A stretch of DNA of 64,000 bases, from positions 96,001 to 160,000 of the forward strand of contig CBDDDG010000014.1 of NCBI GenBank assembly GCA_965226555.1, given 5' to 3'. This document shows positions 42,001 to 51,122 of this stretch, piece by piece (positions within the stretch are counted from its first letter, which is position 1; each line of letters starts with the position of its first letter). The DNA comes from Salinispira sp. Its GTDB lineage: Bacteria; Spirochaetota; Spirochaetia; DSM-27196; Salinispiraceae. The notes under the pieces were generated by a model. The model did not search any database and had not been told where the DNA came from. It was given only the letters and a program-made list of their open reading frames with translations. The position numbers and the translations under genes were made by a program.

Positions 42001-43879
42001 AAGAAGTACAAAACCCGATGATATCATATTCAGCGCCGGTAATTATCGCATTGAAGATGATGTAAGCGGGGGTATTATAAACGAGTTTATTCCGATGTTT
42101 AATGCCAATCGTGAAGACCCTGCCGTTATCCAGCTTGTTACGAATCTGAACCGTATTATTGAACAGCGCGCGGGAAGTGATCTTCAGGAATCTTTGAATC
42201 AGGAAAATGAACTGCGGGGGCGCCTCAGTGAAGAGATTTCCCGCTATGTTGCCATACATAGCGAACCGGAATTTTCTGTTGAGCACTACGATATTAATGC
42301 CCACTATTATACCTTTTTCTATCCAATTTACTGGTTTAACGACAATTTCACTGCCGATTATCAGGGAACTATCCGTTTGGGCATTTCAACTGAAATTATT
42401 ACCCGGCAGATTCGCGATACCCAGCGGGCAATTCTTTTCCAGATACTCCTTTTTACCCTTTTTGCAATATTAACGGGAGTGGCGGGCGCCTTTCTTCTTG
42501 CCTCCATTACTGTTCGTCCCATTAACAAGCTGGTAAAGGGAGTTGAGCGCATTAGAGATACAGAAACAAAATCTGATCTCAGGGATGATCCCATTACCGT
42601 TAATACCGGCGATGAACTTAACTTTCTTGCCGACACCATTAATCAGATGACCGATGGATTGATCACGGCAGAGGTGGCGAACAAATCTCTCATGCTTGGT
42701 AAGGATGTTCAGAAGATGTTCATTGCCCTTGATCCAAGTCCCTTCGATGAAAAGGTCAAGGCAACCACCTGCCACAGAGTAGAAAAATTTATTGAATTTT
42801 TCGGGTACTACGAGGGCGCCAAGGGAGTGTCGGGCGACTATTTCTACTATGAGAAAATTGACGGGCACACCTATGCCATGATTGAATGCGATGTATCCGG
42901 TAAGGACATTGAAGCAGCCCTCATCATGGTAACCGTGGCGACCCTCTTCCTCCAGCACTTTAACGGTTGGCAGGAGAAACAACTCCGCCGGAAGCGCATA
43001 GCGCATCTCACAAAACAAACCCAGCCGGAAACAGTACTTTCCGGGCTTGCCGCAACGATAAACGAGATCATCTACGCCCGTGAATTCAAGGGTAAATTTG
43101 CCGCCTTCACCATGCTCACACTCAATGAGGAAACCGGCGATGTTACCTTCTGTAATGCGGGTAATAACGTTGTGAATATTTATCGCAGAAAAGAGAAAAA
43201 GGTCATTACTCTGGAATTGAGCAACACCCCCGCAGCGGGAGCGGTGAGCGAACGGATTGTCGGAATGCCCATCAACTTTCCAGAGGAACATTATCAGCTT
43301 GAGCGGGGCGATATCCTTCTTCTCTTCACCGATGGTTTTGAAGAATCCCGCCGATATCTGAGGCATGAAGACTGGTCTGTGTATCAGGAAAGTGAATATG
43401 AGGGAGAGGAAGGAAAGAAGGGCATGAATGAGCTTGAAAAGAATATGGCTCCCTACCTTCTCGGGCAGGATGAAGGAGGATTGGGTGAAGCCTTTTCCAT
43501 AAATAGAATTCACAACATCATTGAATCCGCAATATCCTGTCGTCCTTATCACCTCACAAAATTTAACAACCCTGCCGGAAATGAGCAGTTCACCTTCGAT
43601 TTCAGTACCATGCCGCCGGATTTACCGAATATAATCCTTGCGCTTCTTTCAATTGAAAAAATTTTCCGTCTGGTACCGTTGCCGACACTGACAAATGAGA
43701 ATAAAATTTCCATCGATAAGAACATTGATGATTTCCTGAAAAAATATTTCGTACAATATGAAACCTATTTCCACCATCCGCTTTCGGAAGACGAAAATAG
43801 TTTATATCGGAGATATAGTTATATTTCCGAAGATTCACAGTATGATGATCTGACAATTCTCGCTGTTCAGAAGAAATAG
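39026..43879 (+). CDS. Membrane sensor: large extracellular region + HAMP + SpoIIE/PP2C phosphatase
   Basis: PINKL..GV..I..DEL..LA..IN.M (HAMP); VSGDYF, CDVSGK...AAL.M, NAGN, L.FTDG..E, DDLT.L. Confidence 0.88.
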   Translation: MRALFKIIPIKTIPVILCSLFVFPLFAQQIGSNSIFLEPPRNLVSSDVRFPEVISFDNEIYIFYQRVVSAHGAQEQSVLYRTSSDGDEWSDEQAIIENIPLASEIVPPIFSVAHNAQELSVAVSVSDEFSEIFTYARGSERWFRDIIDSNGAELISPQIFAASGGIMFFASQRTIGAGGGSGAGGAEYKSIIYAFRPTAGSFSAPRILPVPDDQELVSNPYLFEYRNRMYLAYENRIFDPGFGISNQIYMTTSADMGNNWSAPVLATDFIDVSDRSDENISQVSYINQNPRLYEDSDGTLLLLIDRNRQGQNTRVSLSRLDDSGRVRRYQNRENQYISDNTRSSSAGGFFIYGGRKYILYYFDTIGASTIRIASEENGNWVPAQISSGSGIQFLPRVVNHRGQLHFFWLRRPGFTGQTSSLIYRQPDQVVAVPRVIPLNYTSGEITNNREVVYSLQLPSDPSGLESLHYSWTQNESPPGSDFVNVGLVNRLSLLADRDGAWNLFLYVKDKAGNRSQNVHSIYDIDITPPAPVSFEPILTDNEGYVPSNTVSLKWFQNTEDSISGYRVALEYLGPAEGIAAEGSVAEESADGEEQTELYRQGISEGIFPNSSSVQTANVFSLKNADNGLWALVVRAIDEAGNVGAGSVEFLRLNKYIPVTRLDIVNIRENLLGNYELSFIGRGYTTDGIVSSIVFDRDALAPWDYEFFITNDDYTINSDRLISNIVLSEVPTGEYIVGLNHSDRGTYFYPEPLSFETNGAVKLGAYDLYLPESSFSLIESIRMIPVRNVIVFIVVFLLILIILVSMFRIWSILKDSRELGAEIEALTEGQVSPAARHMQERITAMQKRGLGLRIKFIIFILILVTAVVAVVSIPLSNFILSNQRQTLVQGLEDRIQIMLESLATGAAGELNSNNVINIIRGLAQLNNQVSAMEEIEFITVSSRPNPNIPGLDQESREYIWSTNDPLLLADEQEREVYLAAINEADRELEYFQRRSTKPDDIIFSAGNYRIEDDVSGGIINEFIPMFNANREDPAVIQLVTNLNRIIEQRAGSDLQESLNQENELRGRLSEEISRYVAIHSEPEFSVEHYDINAHYYTFFYPIYWFNDNFTADYQGTIRLGISTEIITRQIRDTQRAILFQILLFTLFAILTGVAGAFLLASITVRPINKLVKGVERIRDTETKSDLRDDPITVNTGDELNFLADTINQMTDGLITAEVANKSLMLGKDVQKMFIALDPSPFDEKVKATTCHRVEKFIEFFGYYEGAKGVSGDYFYYEKIDGHTYAMIECDVSGKDIEAALIMVTVATLFLQHFNGWQEKQLRRKRIAHLTKQTQPETVLSGLAATINEIIYAREFKGKFAAFTMLTLNEETGDVTFCNAGNNVVNIYRRKEKKVITLELSNTPAAGAVSERIVGMPINFPEEHYQLERGDILLLFTDGFEESRRYLRHEDWSVYQESEYEGEEGKKGMNELEKNMAPYLLGQDEGGLGEAFSINRIHNIIESAISCRPYHLTKFNNPAGNEQFTFDFSTMPPDLPNIILALLSIEKIFRLVPLPTLTNENKISIDKNIDDFLKKYFVQYETYFHHPLSEDENSLYRRYSYISEDSQYDDLTILAVQKK

Positions 43880-43926
43880 GGGAGCCGCAGAGGGGAAGTA
43901 GAGGAGAAGTAGGGGAGATCGGCAGT

Positions 43927-44292
43927 ATGGTTCATTTTTTCTGTGAAAATTGCGGCAACAAGGTGAGGTCCAGAGACAAGATATGCCCGAAATGCGGGAA
44001 ATTCTTTTATCAGGTTCGCTGCTCACACTGTAATTATGAAGGAGCGGTTGAACGTTTTCTGCGCGGCTGTCCAATATGCGGATATCGGGAAGAACAGCCG
44101 CCGCAACGGCCGAAACAGGCGCAACGGCCGAAACAGCCGCTGCCGCAGGCATTTCTCGGACACAATGCCGAATTGTACAATACCCGGGCGCCGGCAGCGG
44201 AAAGAAACATGCTTACCGATTGGATATTTACCGTTCTCGGGGTCTGCATTTTCATCGGGTTCATGGTTGCTGTGCTTATTTATATATATTAA
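43927..44292 (+). CDS. Zinc-ribbon protein with C-terminal TM helix
   Basis: Four CxxC pairs (CENC, CPKC, CSHC, CPIC). Confidence 0.75.
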   Translation: MVHFFCENCGNKVRSRDKICPKCGKFFYQVRCSHCNYEGAVERFLRGCPICGYREEQPPQRPKQAQRPKQPLPQAFLGHNAELYNTRAPAAERNMLTDWIFTVLGVCIFIGFMVAVLIYIY

Positions 44293-44312
44293 TGCACGGT
44301 AAGGAAAAATAT

Positions 44313-45518
44313 ATGCCGGAAAAGAATAGAAGGTTTTCACTGTTACGGACATTCATTTCCTCATTCAGGAGTCTGGCAACAGATTTTAAGAGGGAGCATC
44401 TGCACATACTCCTCATGGTTTTTTTTACTGTCGTGGTAATTGGGGGAGGAATTGTGTTTCTTATTGAGCGGGATGCGGACACCGGAGTTTTCCGTTCCCT
44501 CCTCGATGCGCTTTGGTGGGGTATTGTAACACTTACAACGGTGGGATACGGCGATTATGCCCCGGTATCATTAACTGCCCGTGTTATATCGGTAACAGTA
44601 ATGCTGAGCGGGGTGGTTATTACCAGCATTCTTTCAGGAACAATTGCGTCAATTTATGTAGACAGAAAAATTCGGGAGGGCAAGGGCTTGAGCGATATTA
44701 CATTAAAAAATCATACGGTCATATGCGGATGGAACAGATACGGTCGGGGGCTTATTGAATCGCTTCTGTGCCAGTTCGGACAGGAGGTGTTTCAGATAGT
44801 CATTATCAGTGAGATGACGCCTGAGGACTTTGATGATCTGAAAATTGCATTTCCGAATACAGAAATCAAATTTATCAGAGGCGATATTGCCAGCGAGGCA
44901 ATTCTCATGCGCGCAAACATTTACGCTGCGAAGAACTGCATCATCATCCCCGATGAATCCGGCGGTAAATCGTTTCTGGCCGCAGACGATAAAACCATTC
45001 TTTCGGCCCTTGCCGTTAAGGGCATTAACGCAGATATTCATCTCACTGCTCAGATAATTCATGATCAGAATGCAGCACATCTTGAGCGGGCACAGGTAGA
45101 TGAAGTAGTGTACGGCGATGAAATTATCCGCCACATTCTGAGCAGCAGTACGGTTACCCATGGAATCCCGATGATACTCCAGGAACTGCTTGACCCGATA
45201 TCTCCAAAACGCCTGAATATCCAGAAAATATCATCATCCTTCATAGGAAAACCTTTTGGAGATTATGCAGCCCATCTTATAAGCGGCAATAAAGGTATAT
45301 GCATTGGACTGCTGAGTGAAGAACGAACGACAAGTCTTATCGATATTCTCAGCGAAGATTCATCGGGTATAGATGCCTTTATCAGACGGAAATTTTCCGA
45401 GGCTGAAATTGATCTGGATAAGGAGCAGGATGTCAGTCTGAAGATCACGATCTGTCCCGATTCGGACTATCGCATTTCGAAGGATGATTCCGCCTTTCTT
45501 ATCGGAGGTGTCTCATGA
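44313..45518 (+). CDS. 2-TM potassium channel with RCK/TrkA-N domain
   Basis: WW..VT.TTVGYGD selectivity filter; HTVICGW, RGD.....L.RA. Confidence 0.9.
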   Translation: MPEKNRRFSLLRTFISSFRSLATDFKREHLHILLMVFFTVVVIGGGIVFLIERDADTGVFRSLLDALWWGIVTLTTVGYGDYAPVSLTARVISVTVMLSGVVITSILSGTIASIYVDRKIREGKGLSDITLKNHTVICGWNRYGRGLIESLLCQFGQEVFQIVIISEMTPEDFDDLKIAFPNTEIKFIRGDIASEAILMRANIYAAKNCIIIPDESGGKSFLAADDKTILSALAVKGINADIHLTAQIIHDQNAAHLERAQVDEVVYGDEIIRHILSSSTVTHGIPMILQELLDPISPKRLNIQKISSSFIGKPFGDYAAHLISGNKGICIGLLSEERTTSLIDILSEDSSGIDAFIRRKFSEAEIDLDKEQDVSLKITICPDSDYRISKDDSAFLIGGVS

Positions 45519-46057
45519 GTCCTGTCACACAGAAAGAAAACATTGTCAGTCAGAAGGAATTGGAGGTTCTGAAAAAGGTTCAGATTCTTGCCGATCTTAC
45601 TGAGGATGAACTCCATAAGGTCATAAAAAAAACACGCCGAATGAATGTGAAGGCAGGTACTCTTATCATGGAAGAGGGGAGCATGGAGAATACCATGTAT
45701 CTCTTTGTCTGCGGTGTCGTCGACATTACCAAATCGCTTACCCTCAAAATTGCCAAAAGAGGCTTCGAACATGTTGAAAAATCCATGATAAAGCTCGATG
45801 CCAATGTTGTCTCCTTTTTTGGTGAAATGGCCATGATAGATGCATCTCCGCGCAGCGCGAATGTTATGGCCTCAACCGATTGTGTTATTCTGGAATTAAA
45901 AAAGGACGATTTTGAACATATCTCCGAAAAACATCCTGTTATTGGTCTGAAAATTCTCCGCCGCATCTCCCATGTTCTGAGTAACAATGTACGGAAGGGA
46001 AACGAAGATGTTCTGAAGCTCACAACGGCGCTGAGCATTGCGCTTTCGAGGCAATAA
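45515..46057 (+). CDS. Cyclic-nucleotide-binding domain protein
   Basis: G..I..EG....MY...G.V, FFGEMA.ID..PRSA.V.A. Confidence 0.88.
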   Translation: MSPVTQKENIVSQKELEVLKKVQILADLTEDELHKVIKKTRRMNVKAGTLIMEEGSMENTMYLFVCGVVDITKSLTLKIAKRGFEHVEKSMIKLDANVVSFFGEMAMIDASPRSANVMASTDCVILELKKDDFEHISEKHPVIGLKILRRISHVLSNNVRKGNEDVLKLTTALSIALSRQ

Positions 46058-46060
46058 GGC

Positions 46061-46594
46061 ATGGCACATAAACGGCATATGCTGCAGGTACTGTTGCTCC
46101 TCATGTGTTCCGGAATTCTCTGCGCGCAGGAACCCGTTCCCGATCGTTTTACCGATATCGTGCTCGGGCAATCGCTTGAGCAGGTGAAGACGAGGCTGCA
46201 GTCGCATCCCCTTTTCGATTACCGCGGAGATCCCGACATCAGTTTGACACCGATTGACCGTCAGCCAATAATTGAAACTCAGGGACTTGGGTTTATGAGC
46301 GCAGGTATTTTTCAGTTCAGAGATGAAAAGCTCTACTCCATTATTCTTCGGCTCAATGAAAATCGTATGGATTTTTTCACCATGTATACCCGACTCACCA
46401 ATACATATGGTGAACCGGCCTATCTTGATCCCCATCAGACCTACTGGGAAGGTAATGGACAGCGCATGGTTCTTGAACAGCCGGTCATCGTAAAGTATCT
46501 TGATATGGATGTTTTTAACCGTATCCGGGAAGAATCTGCGGCTTCAAAGAGTATAGATGAATACACACGCGGGGTTTTTCTTGATAATTTTTGA
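46061..46594 (+). CDS. Exported hypothetical protein
   Basis: Signal peptide; YRGDPDISL, F.F....LY.I.L, YGEP. Confidence 0.65.
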   Translation: MAHKRHMLQVLLLLMCSGILCAQEPVPDRFTDIVLGQSLEQVKTRLQSHPLFDYRGDPDISLTPIDRQPIIETQGLGFMSAGIFQFRDEKLYSIILRLNENRMDFFTMYTRLTNTYGEPAYLDPHQTYWEGNGQRMVLEQPVIVKYLDMDVFNRIREESAASKSIDEYTRGVFLDNF

Positions 46595-47105
46595 GAATGA
46601 GCGGCATCGACAGACCCTAGTCTCTCCGATCTGTGTGCGCAGGCAGAATTGTTGCGTCTGTGAGCGGCAGATCCCGCTGTTTCTCCTGTGTATATGTATT
46701 ACGTTTTCTCTGTCCTGCCATGAAAATGAAACAATGCTTTACCCTTTGAGCGTTGGCGGCAGAGAATTTTATGTTGAGCTGGCAGATTCTGACGCCGAAC
46801 GCCGGCAAGGGCTCATGCATCGTCAGAGCCTGGCAGCCGACAGCGGCATGCTTTTCGTATTTCCCGACAGTCAGCATCGGTCTTTCTGGATGCGTAACAC
46901 CTACATCAATCTCACAATAGCATATATCGATTCAGAGGGTATTGTTATTGATATCATAGACCTGACAGCGCTGGATGAAACACCGGTGTTAAGCAGCAGG
47001 CCCGTTCAGTATGCTCTTGAAGTTAATAGAGGCGCTCTTCAGGGAATATATCCTGAAGCACTGGTAGATTTCAGCAGAATTCCCAAGTGCAGAATTGAGA
47101 ATTGA
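46557..47105 (+). CDS. DUF192 family protein (start uncertain)
   Basis: VELA....R..GLM.R..L....GMLFVF, FWM.NT...L.IA.I, YALEVN.G. Confidence 0.85.
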   Translation: MNTHAGFFLIIFENERHRQTLVSPICVRRQNCCVCERQIPLFLLCICITFSLSCHENETMLYPLSVGGREFYVELADSDAERRQGLMHRQSLAADSGMLFVFPDSQHRSFWMRNTYINLTIAYIDSEGIVIDIIDLTALDETPVLSSRPVQYALEVNRGALQGIYPEALVDFSRIPKCRIEN

Positions 47106-47975
47106 GAATTGGCGCTCCGTGGCAGGTGTATATCACAAGAGTGATTATCCGCTCTGCGCGCAGTCCGAGCGGCGATAATTAATGCGATCCGTTCCGTAAT
47201 GTCCGCTTTGAATGTTTCCGCATTCATTCTGAACATTTTCGCTACCTCCTTACCTCTCGGTTCTTTTGTTCTTTCTGAAACTTTTGCATTGGAAAATTGT
47301 GCTTGCACAATTTCCAGTAGCAAAAGTTTCAAATTTGGAATGCTTTCTTTGTGCTTGGCATTCTCCAATTTTATAGAAAGTTTTGCCTCTGGCAAAACTT
47401 TGCTTCTAATTGCTTCATTAACGTATCGAAGTCTATAACAATTCCGAACATCGAATCTACCACGCCGATAAATTCCTTTATCAGCTCCAGCGATTCCTCA
47501 TTCAGCATTTCTGCTATCGCTTTCTCCACCTTCCGAATGTCCCAATCCGTATTCAGCAGATTTTTCGAGTACAGATCAAGGTACATAACAGCCGCAAACA
47601 TTCTTCCCCGCTGCTGCAGCTGCTCCGCAGAATAATCGCTCACGCGTATCAGATCGTAGGGAAAAGGAGCAAGATACTGCGGGAATTCCCGCGTGTTCTG
47701 CTCTCTGACATTCCCGGGCACCTTCCATTTTCTCGTACCATTATAAAACACAATGGGCAGAAATATCAACTCGCAGTCATCGGGAATTGCGCCGGAGCGG
47801 TGAATGTTCCGATAGAGAAGGTTTGTGTACTCCGACATGCGAAGGGGCATGTCTTTGTCCATGCGCCTCCGACAAAGCGTTGAAGAAATTGGAGCATTAT
47901 TGCGGGTTGGAACAGCAGGGAGCGGTATCCTTGGTCGTAGGGAATGGGGGCGGGTTTTTCTTTGAAATCGATCAT
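47039..47975 (-). pseudogene. Rpn-family pseudogene: catalytic core deleted, type A insertion at 47277-47401
   Basis: SD AGGAGG + MIDFK..PYDQGYRSLL..P..MLQFL..FV joined by frameshift to DMPLRM.EY..LPIVFYNG..KW; internal SD AAGGAGGT-7 nt-ATG at 47236. Confidence 0.75.
47277..47401 (-). repeat. Type A composite palindrome, reverse orientation
   Basis: Reverse complement aligns with 3962-4086. Confidence 0.9.
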
Positions 47976-48062
47976 ACAATCCTCCTGAATGTTTCTTATG
48001 AACGTTTCTTTCTGAATAGGGGAGTTCCCATGGCGACATGGTCCCATGGTGAATTCTCTCCT

Positions 48063-48162
48063 CTATATCTATAACGGGTAAAAAGTCATTTTTAACTATG
48101 TTTTTTGAGAAAATTTGAAAGAATTTTGCAAAATTTGTGAATTTTTTTCAGGGAGTCGGGAA
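48063..48162 (-). repeat. ~100-bp Rpn leader; inverted copy of 49568-49668
   Basis: CTATATCTATAACGGGTAAAAAGTCATTTTT..GGGAGTCGGGAA matches the reverse complement of 49568-49668 at roughly 90% by eye. Confidence 0.85.
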
Positions 48163-48203
48163 GGGAGGGCTCGGGAAGGGGTGCGCGTATGGTTGAATTC
48201 GCC

Positions 48204-48717
48204 GGGTCAGACGGGGTTGTGTTGACAGGGGGAGCCCTGTGCTATATTATGCGGAAAGTCAGTAAGACAGGCGATGAAGACTTGAAACTGGGTACCCGCT
48301 TTGAAAAAATCAACAGGGAAATAAATCCCGAAACAAAATTTTGCCTGAGGCAAAATTTTCTACAAAATGCGAGAATGCTAAGCACATAGAGTCATCCAAA
48401 TGTGAAACTTTTGCTACTGGAAATTGTGCTCTGCACAATTTTCCAATGCAAAAGTTTCTGGAGGAGAAAGAGTTATGATGAAAAAAGTTCAGATGAGCGA
48501 TTGGTTTGTCAATCAGGGACGGGTTGAAGGTCTTGAGCAGGGAATGGAGAAAGGCATTCTGAAAGGTCGGCAGGAAGGACTGCGGACAGGCCGTGAAGAA
48601 GGCATTCGAGAAACGGCCCGCAGTATGTTTTCGGAAGGCTTGTCAACTGATGCTGTTCAGAGGATTACCGGGCTGAGCGATGAGGAAATGCGGACAGTGC
48701 GGAACGGATCGCATTAA
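48204..48717 (+). pseudogene. 3' fragment of the Rpn gene at 49681-50844 with an 87-bp deletion and a 130-bp type A insertion; RpnS-like ORF 48475-48717 intact
   Basis: Near-identical to 50374-50844; insertion 48333-48462; SD GGAGGAG before ATG 48475. Confidence 0.85.
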
Positions 48718-48736
48718 TTGGAGCCGCTCGGCCTAG

Positions 48737-49015
48737 GATGTCAGTACGGTAACGAATATGTCTGCTATGTTTCAAAACGCAATCAAATTCAATAGCGATA
48801 TCTCAAACTGGGATGTCAGTTCGGTAATGGATATGAGCGCTATGTTCTCTAGTGCGGCCATCTTCAATCAGGATCTTGAGGAGTGGAAGGAACATTGGAC
48901 GGCCGAAACCGGCAATAAGCTTACTACCGCTGATCCATCCAAATATACCGGAACCACAACAAATATGTTTCAGGGTTCCGGCGTAACAACAACGCCGTCA
49001 TGGTATGAGTATTAG
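48737..49015 (+). pseudogene. Orphan DUF285/BspA 3'-end cassette 1
   Basis: Begins at TAG|GATGTCAGT (Trp codon position of WDVS); two repeats + DLEEWKEHW..KYTG..PSWY cap; no signal peptide or SD. Confidence 0.8.
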
Positions 49016-49059
49016 TTTCATAGCCCGCAGTGGCTAATGAAATGTTGCAATTCAACTTG

Positions 49060-49350
49060 GGCAGGCAGCGCCTGCTCGCCCAAGCATCCGGCTCGCCCAT
49101 GCGTCTGTCAGGAATGCTTTTTCTGAGCTTAGCATTCTCGCATTTTGTAGAAAATTTTGCCTCAACAAAGTTTTGCCTTGGAAAATTGCGCAAGCACAAT
49201 TTCCAGTAGCAAAACTTTCTATACCTTGAGAGAATCAAGAATATGGATGAGAGAAAGCTCATTGAAAAATTGTGCGGAGCACAATTTTCTGAGATGAGAG
49301 AATCCTCATTGGAAAATTGTGCAGAGCACAATTTCCAGTAGCAAAACTTT
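49060..49350. repeat. Cluster of type C, partial type A (reverse) and type B units
   Basis: CTGCTCGCCC/CATGCGTC units at 49072-49106, reverse type A spacer 49112-49163, hairpins 49167-49219, 49261-49291, 49308-49350. Confidence 0.85.
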
Positions 49351-49406
49351 TTACAAAAATTTCCCATTTTGTCATACACCGTTCATATGTAACCCGTCTA
49401 TATGGT

Positions 49407-49560
49407 ATGAGCAAAAAGTATATCGGCATGGTACACGCTGGAAATATGCCTTCGAAAATCCTCAGATATTCCGGGACTTCATCCATTCATACTTCAACAA
49501 AAACCTCGCGCGGAGCATTGTCCACGGGAGCATAGAGCGCATCGACTCAGAGCACATCAG
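49407..49560 (+). pseudogene. 5' fragment of an Rpn gene paralogous to 8189
   Basis: MSKKYIGMVH (frameshift) WKYAFENPQIFRDFIHSYFNKNLARSIV; truncated by the leader of the next Rpn gene. Confidence 0.8.
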
Positions 49561-49680
49561 CCCCCCATTCCCGACTCCCCGAAAAAAATTCACAAATTTT
49601 GCAAACTTTTTTCAAATTCTTTTCAAAAAACATAGTCAAAAATGACTTTTTACCCGTTATAGATATAGCAGGAGGTATGT

Positions 49681-50844
49681 ATGAGTAATGCCGGATACAA
49701 TATCCATGATATTGCGTTTAAGACAAAGTTTTGCATTGGAAAATTGTGCAAGCACAATTTTCCAATGCAAAACTTTCTACAAAATGCGAGAATGCTCAGC
49801 ACATAGAGTCATCCAAATGTGAAACTTTTGCTACTGGAAATTGCGCAAGCGCAATTTTCCAATGCAAAAGTTTCTGTGAGTATCTATGGCACCCCCGAGG
49901 CGGCAGCCGATATTCCACGGACAATTTTTCCAGAAAACATCGTTAACATTATGGATTTAGATGCTATTCGCATTGAAAACACCATCTACGTTGACAAAGG
50001 GCGTGAGGTGCTCTGCGACCTCATTCTCATTATTCCCCTCAAAGGGGAATTCGACGGTTTACGAATCGTGCTACTTATTGAGCACAAAAGCATGTTTGAT
50101 CCGAAGGTCAGCGAACAGTTCGATAAGTACCAGAGAGCCCTCATAAACAGCAGGACATTTCAGGCGCAGACCGACCTTCTTGTTCTGGTGCTGTGGTATC
50201 ATGGAGAAGCAGTATGGGATGGCGATATCAGTTTCCACAGTTCAGGGGATGTGCATACACACATACCGGAAAAATTGTATGCAATGATGGAAAAATACCT
50301 TGCGAGACCAAAGGTTCTCAATAGGCCTGTGATGGTCGATGTGAATAGGATGAGCGAGGAGGAGTTTACCCGGGGGTCAGACGGAGTTGTGTTGACAGGG
50401 GGAGCCCTGTGCTATATTATGCGGAAAATCAGTAATACAGGCGATGAAGACTTGCGGAAGGTTGCGAAGTATCTGAAAGAGCTTCCCGCAGAGAATTCCC
50501 GAGAGATGATCCCGAACCTTCTGCTCTATCTGAAGGGCTTGAAACTGGGTACCCGCTTTGAAAAAATCAACAGGGAAATAAATCCCGAAGGAGAAAGGGT
50601 TATGATGAAAAAAGTTCAGATGAGCGATTGGTTTGTCAACCAGGGACGGGTTGAAGGTCTTGAGCAGGGAATGGAGAAAGGCATTCTGAAAGGTCGGCAG
50701 GAAGGACTGCGGACAGGTCGTGAAGAAGGCATTCGAGAAACTGCCCGCAGTATGTTTTCCAAAGGATTTTCAGCCCATGACATTCAGGATGTTACCGGGC
50801 TGAGCGATGAGGAAATTCTGACAGTGCGGAACGGATCGCATTAA
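49681..50844 (+). pseudogene. Rpn-family gene interrupted by a 156-bp type A element (49723-49878); RpnS-like ORF 50602-50844
   Basis: SD GGAGGT, MSNAGYNIHDIAFK|SIYG, CDL..LLIEHKS (PD-(D/E)XK), YHG...W, EGLEQGMEKG tail; insertion is in frame but has TAG at 49804. Confidence 0.85.
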
Positions 50845-50863
50845 TTGGAGCCGCTCGGCCTAG

Positions 50864-51079
50864 GATGTCAGTTCAGTAACGGATATGACATCTATGTTCA
50901 CTGACGCAGATGCATTCAATCGGGATCTTGAGGAGTGGAAGGATCATTTGCCGCTCCTCAATGACGCTGGCAAATATACCGGAACCACAACAAATATGTT
51001 TAAGGATTCCGGTTTGGATGCGAATCCGGATAGTAATGACGATAGTGGGGATCAACCGAATTATCCGTCATGGTATTAG
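50864..51079 (+). pseudogene. Orphan DUF285/BspA 3'-end cassette 2
   Basis: Same TAG|GATGTCAGT junction as cassette 1, different repeat and cap sequence ending NYPSWY. Confidence 0.8.
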
Positions 51080-51122
51080 TTTCATAGCCCGCAGCGGCTA
51101 ATGAAATGTTGCAATTCAACTT

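Noticed and set aside
42470..43552. 360-aa antisense ORF within the SpoIIE gene, and similar long antisense ORFs at 4406-5299 and 35714-36379
   Set aside because: Fully antisense to well-supported genes, with no recognisable motifs.
49015..49042. Post-stop hairpin as an integron attC site
   Set aside because: Too short, lacks RYYYAAC/GTTRRRY boxes in the right arrangement, and no intI is present.
48737..51079. Orphan DUF285 tails as DGR template repeats
   Set aside because: No reverse transcriptase in the window, and the differences include indels and all base types rather than adenine-specific substitutions.
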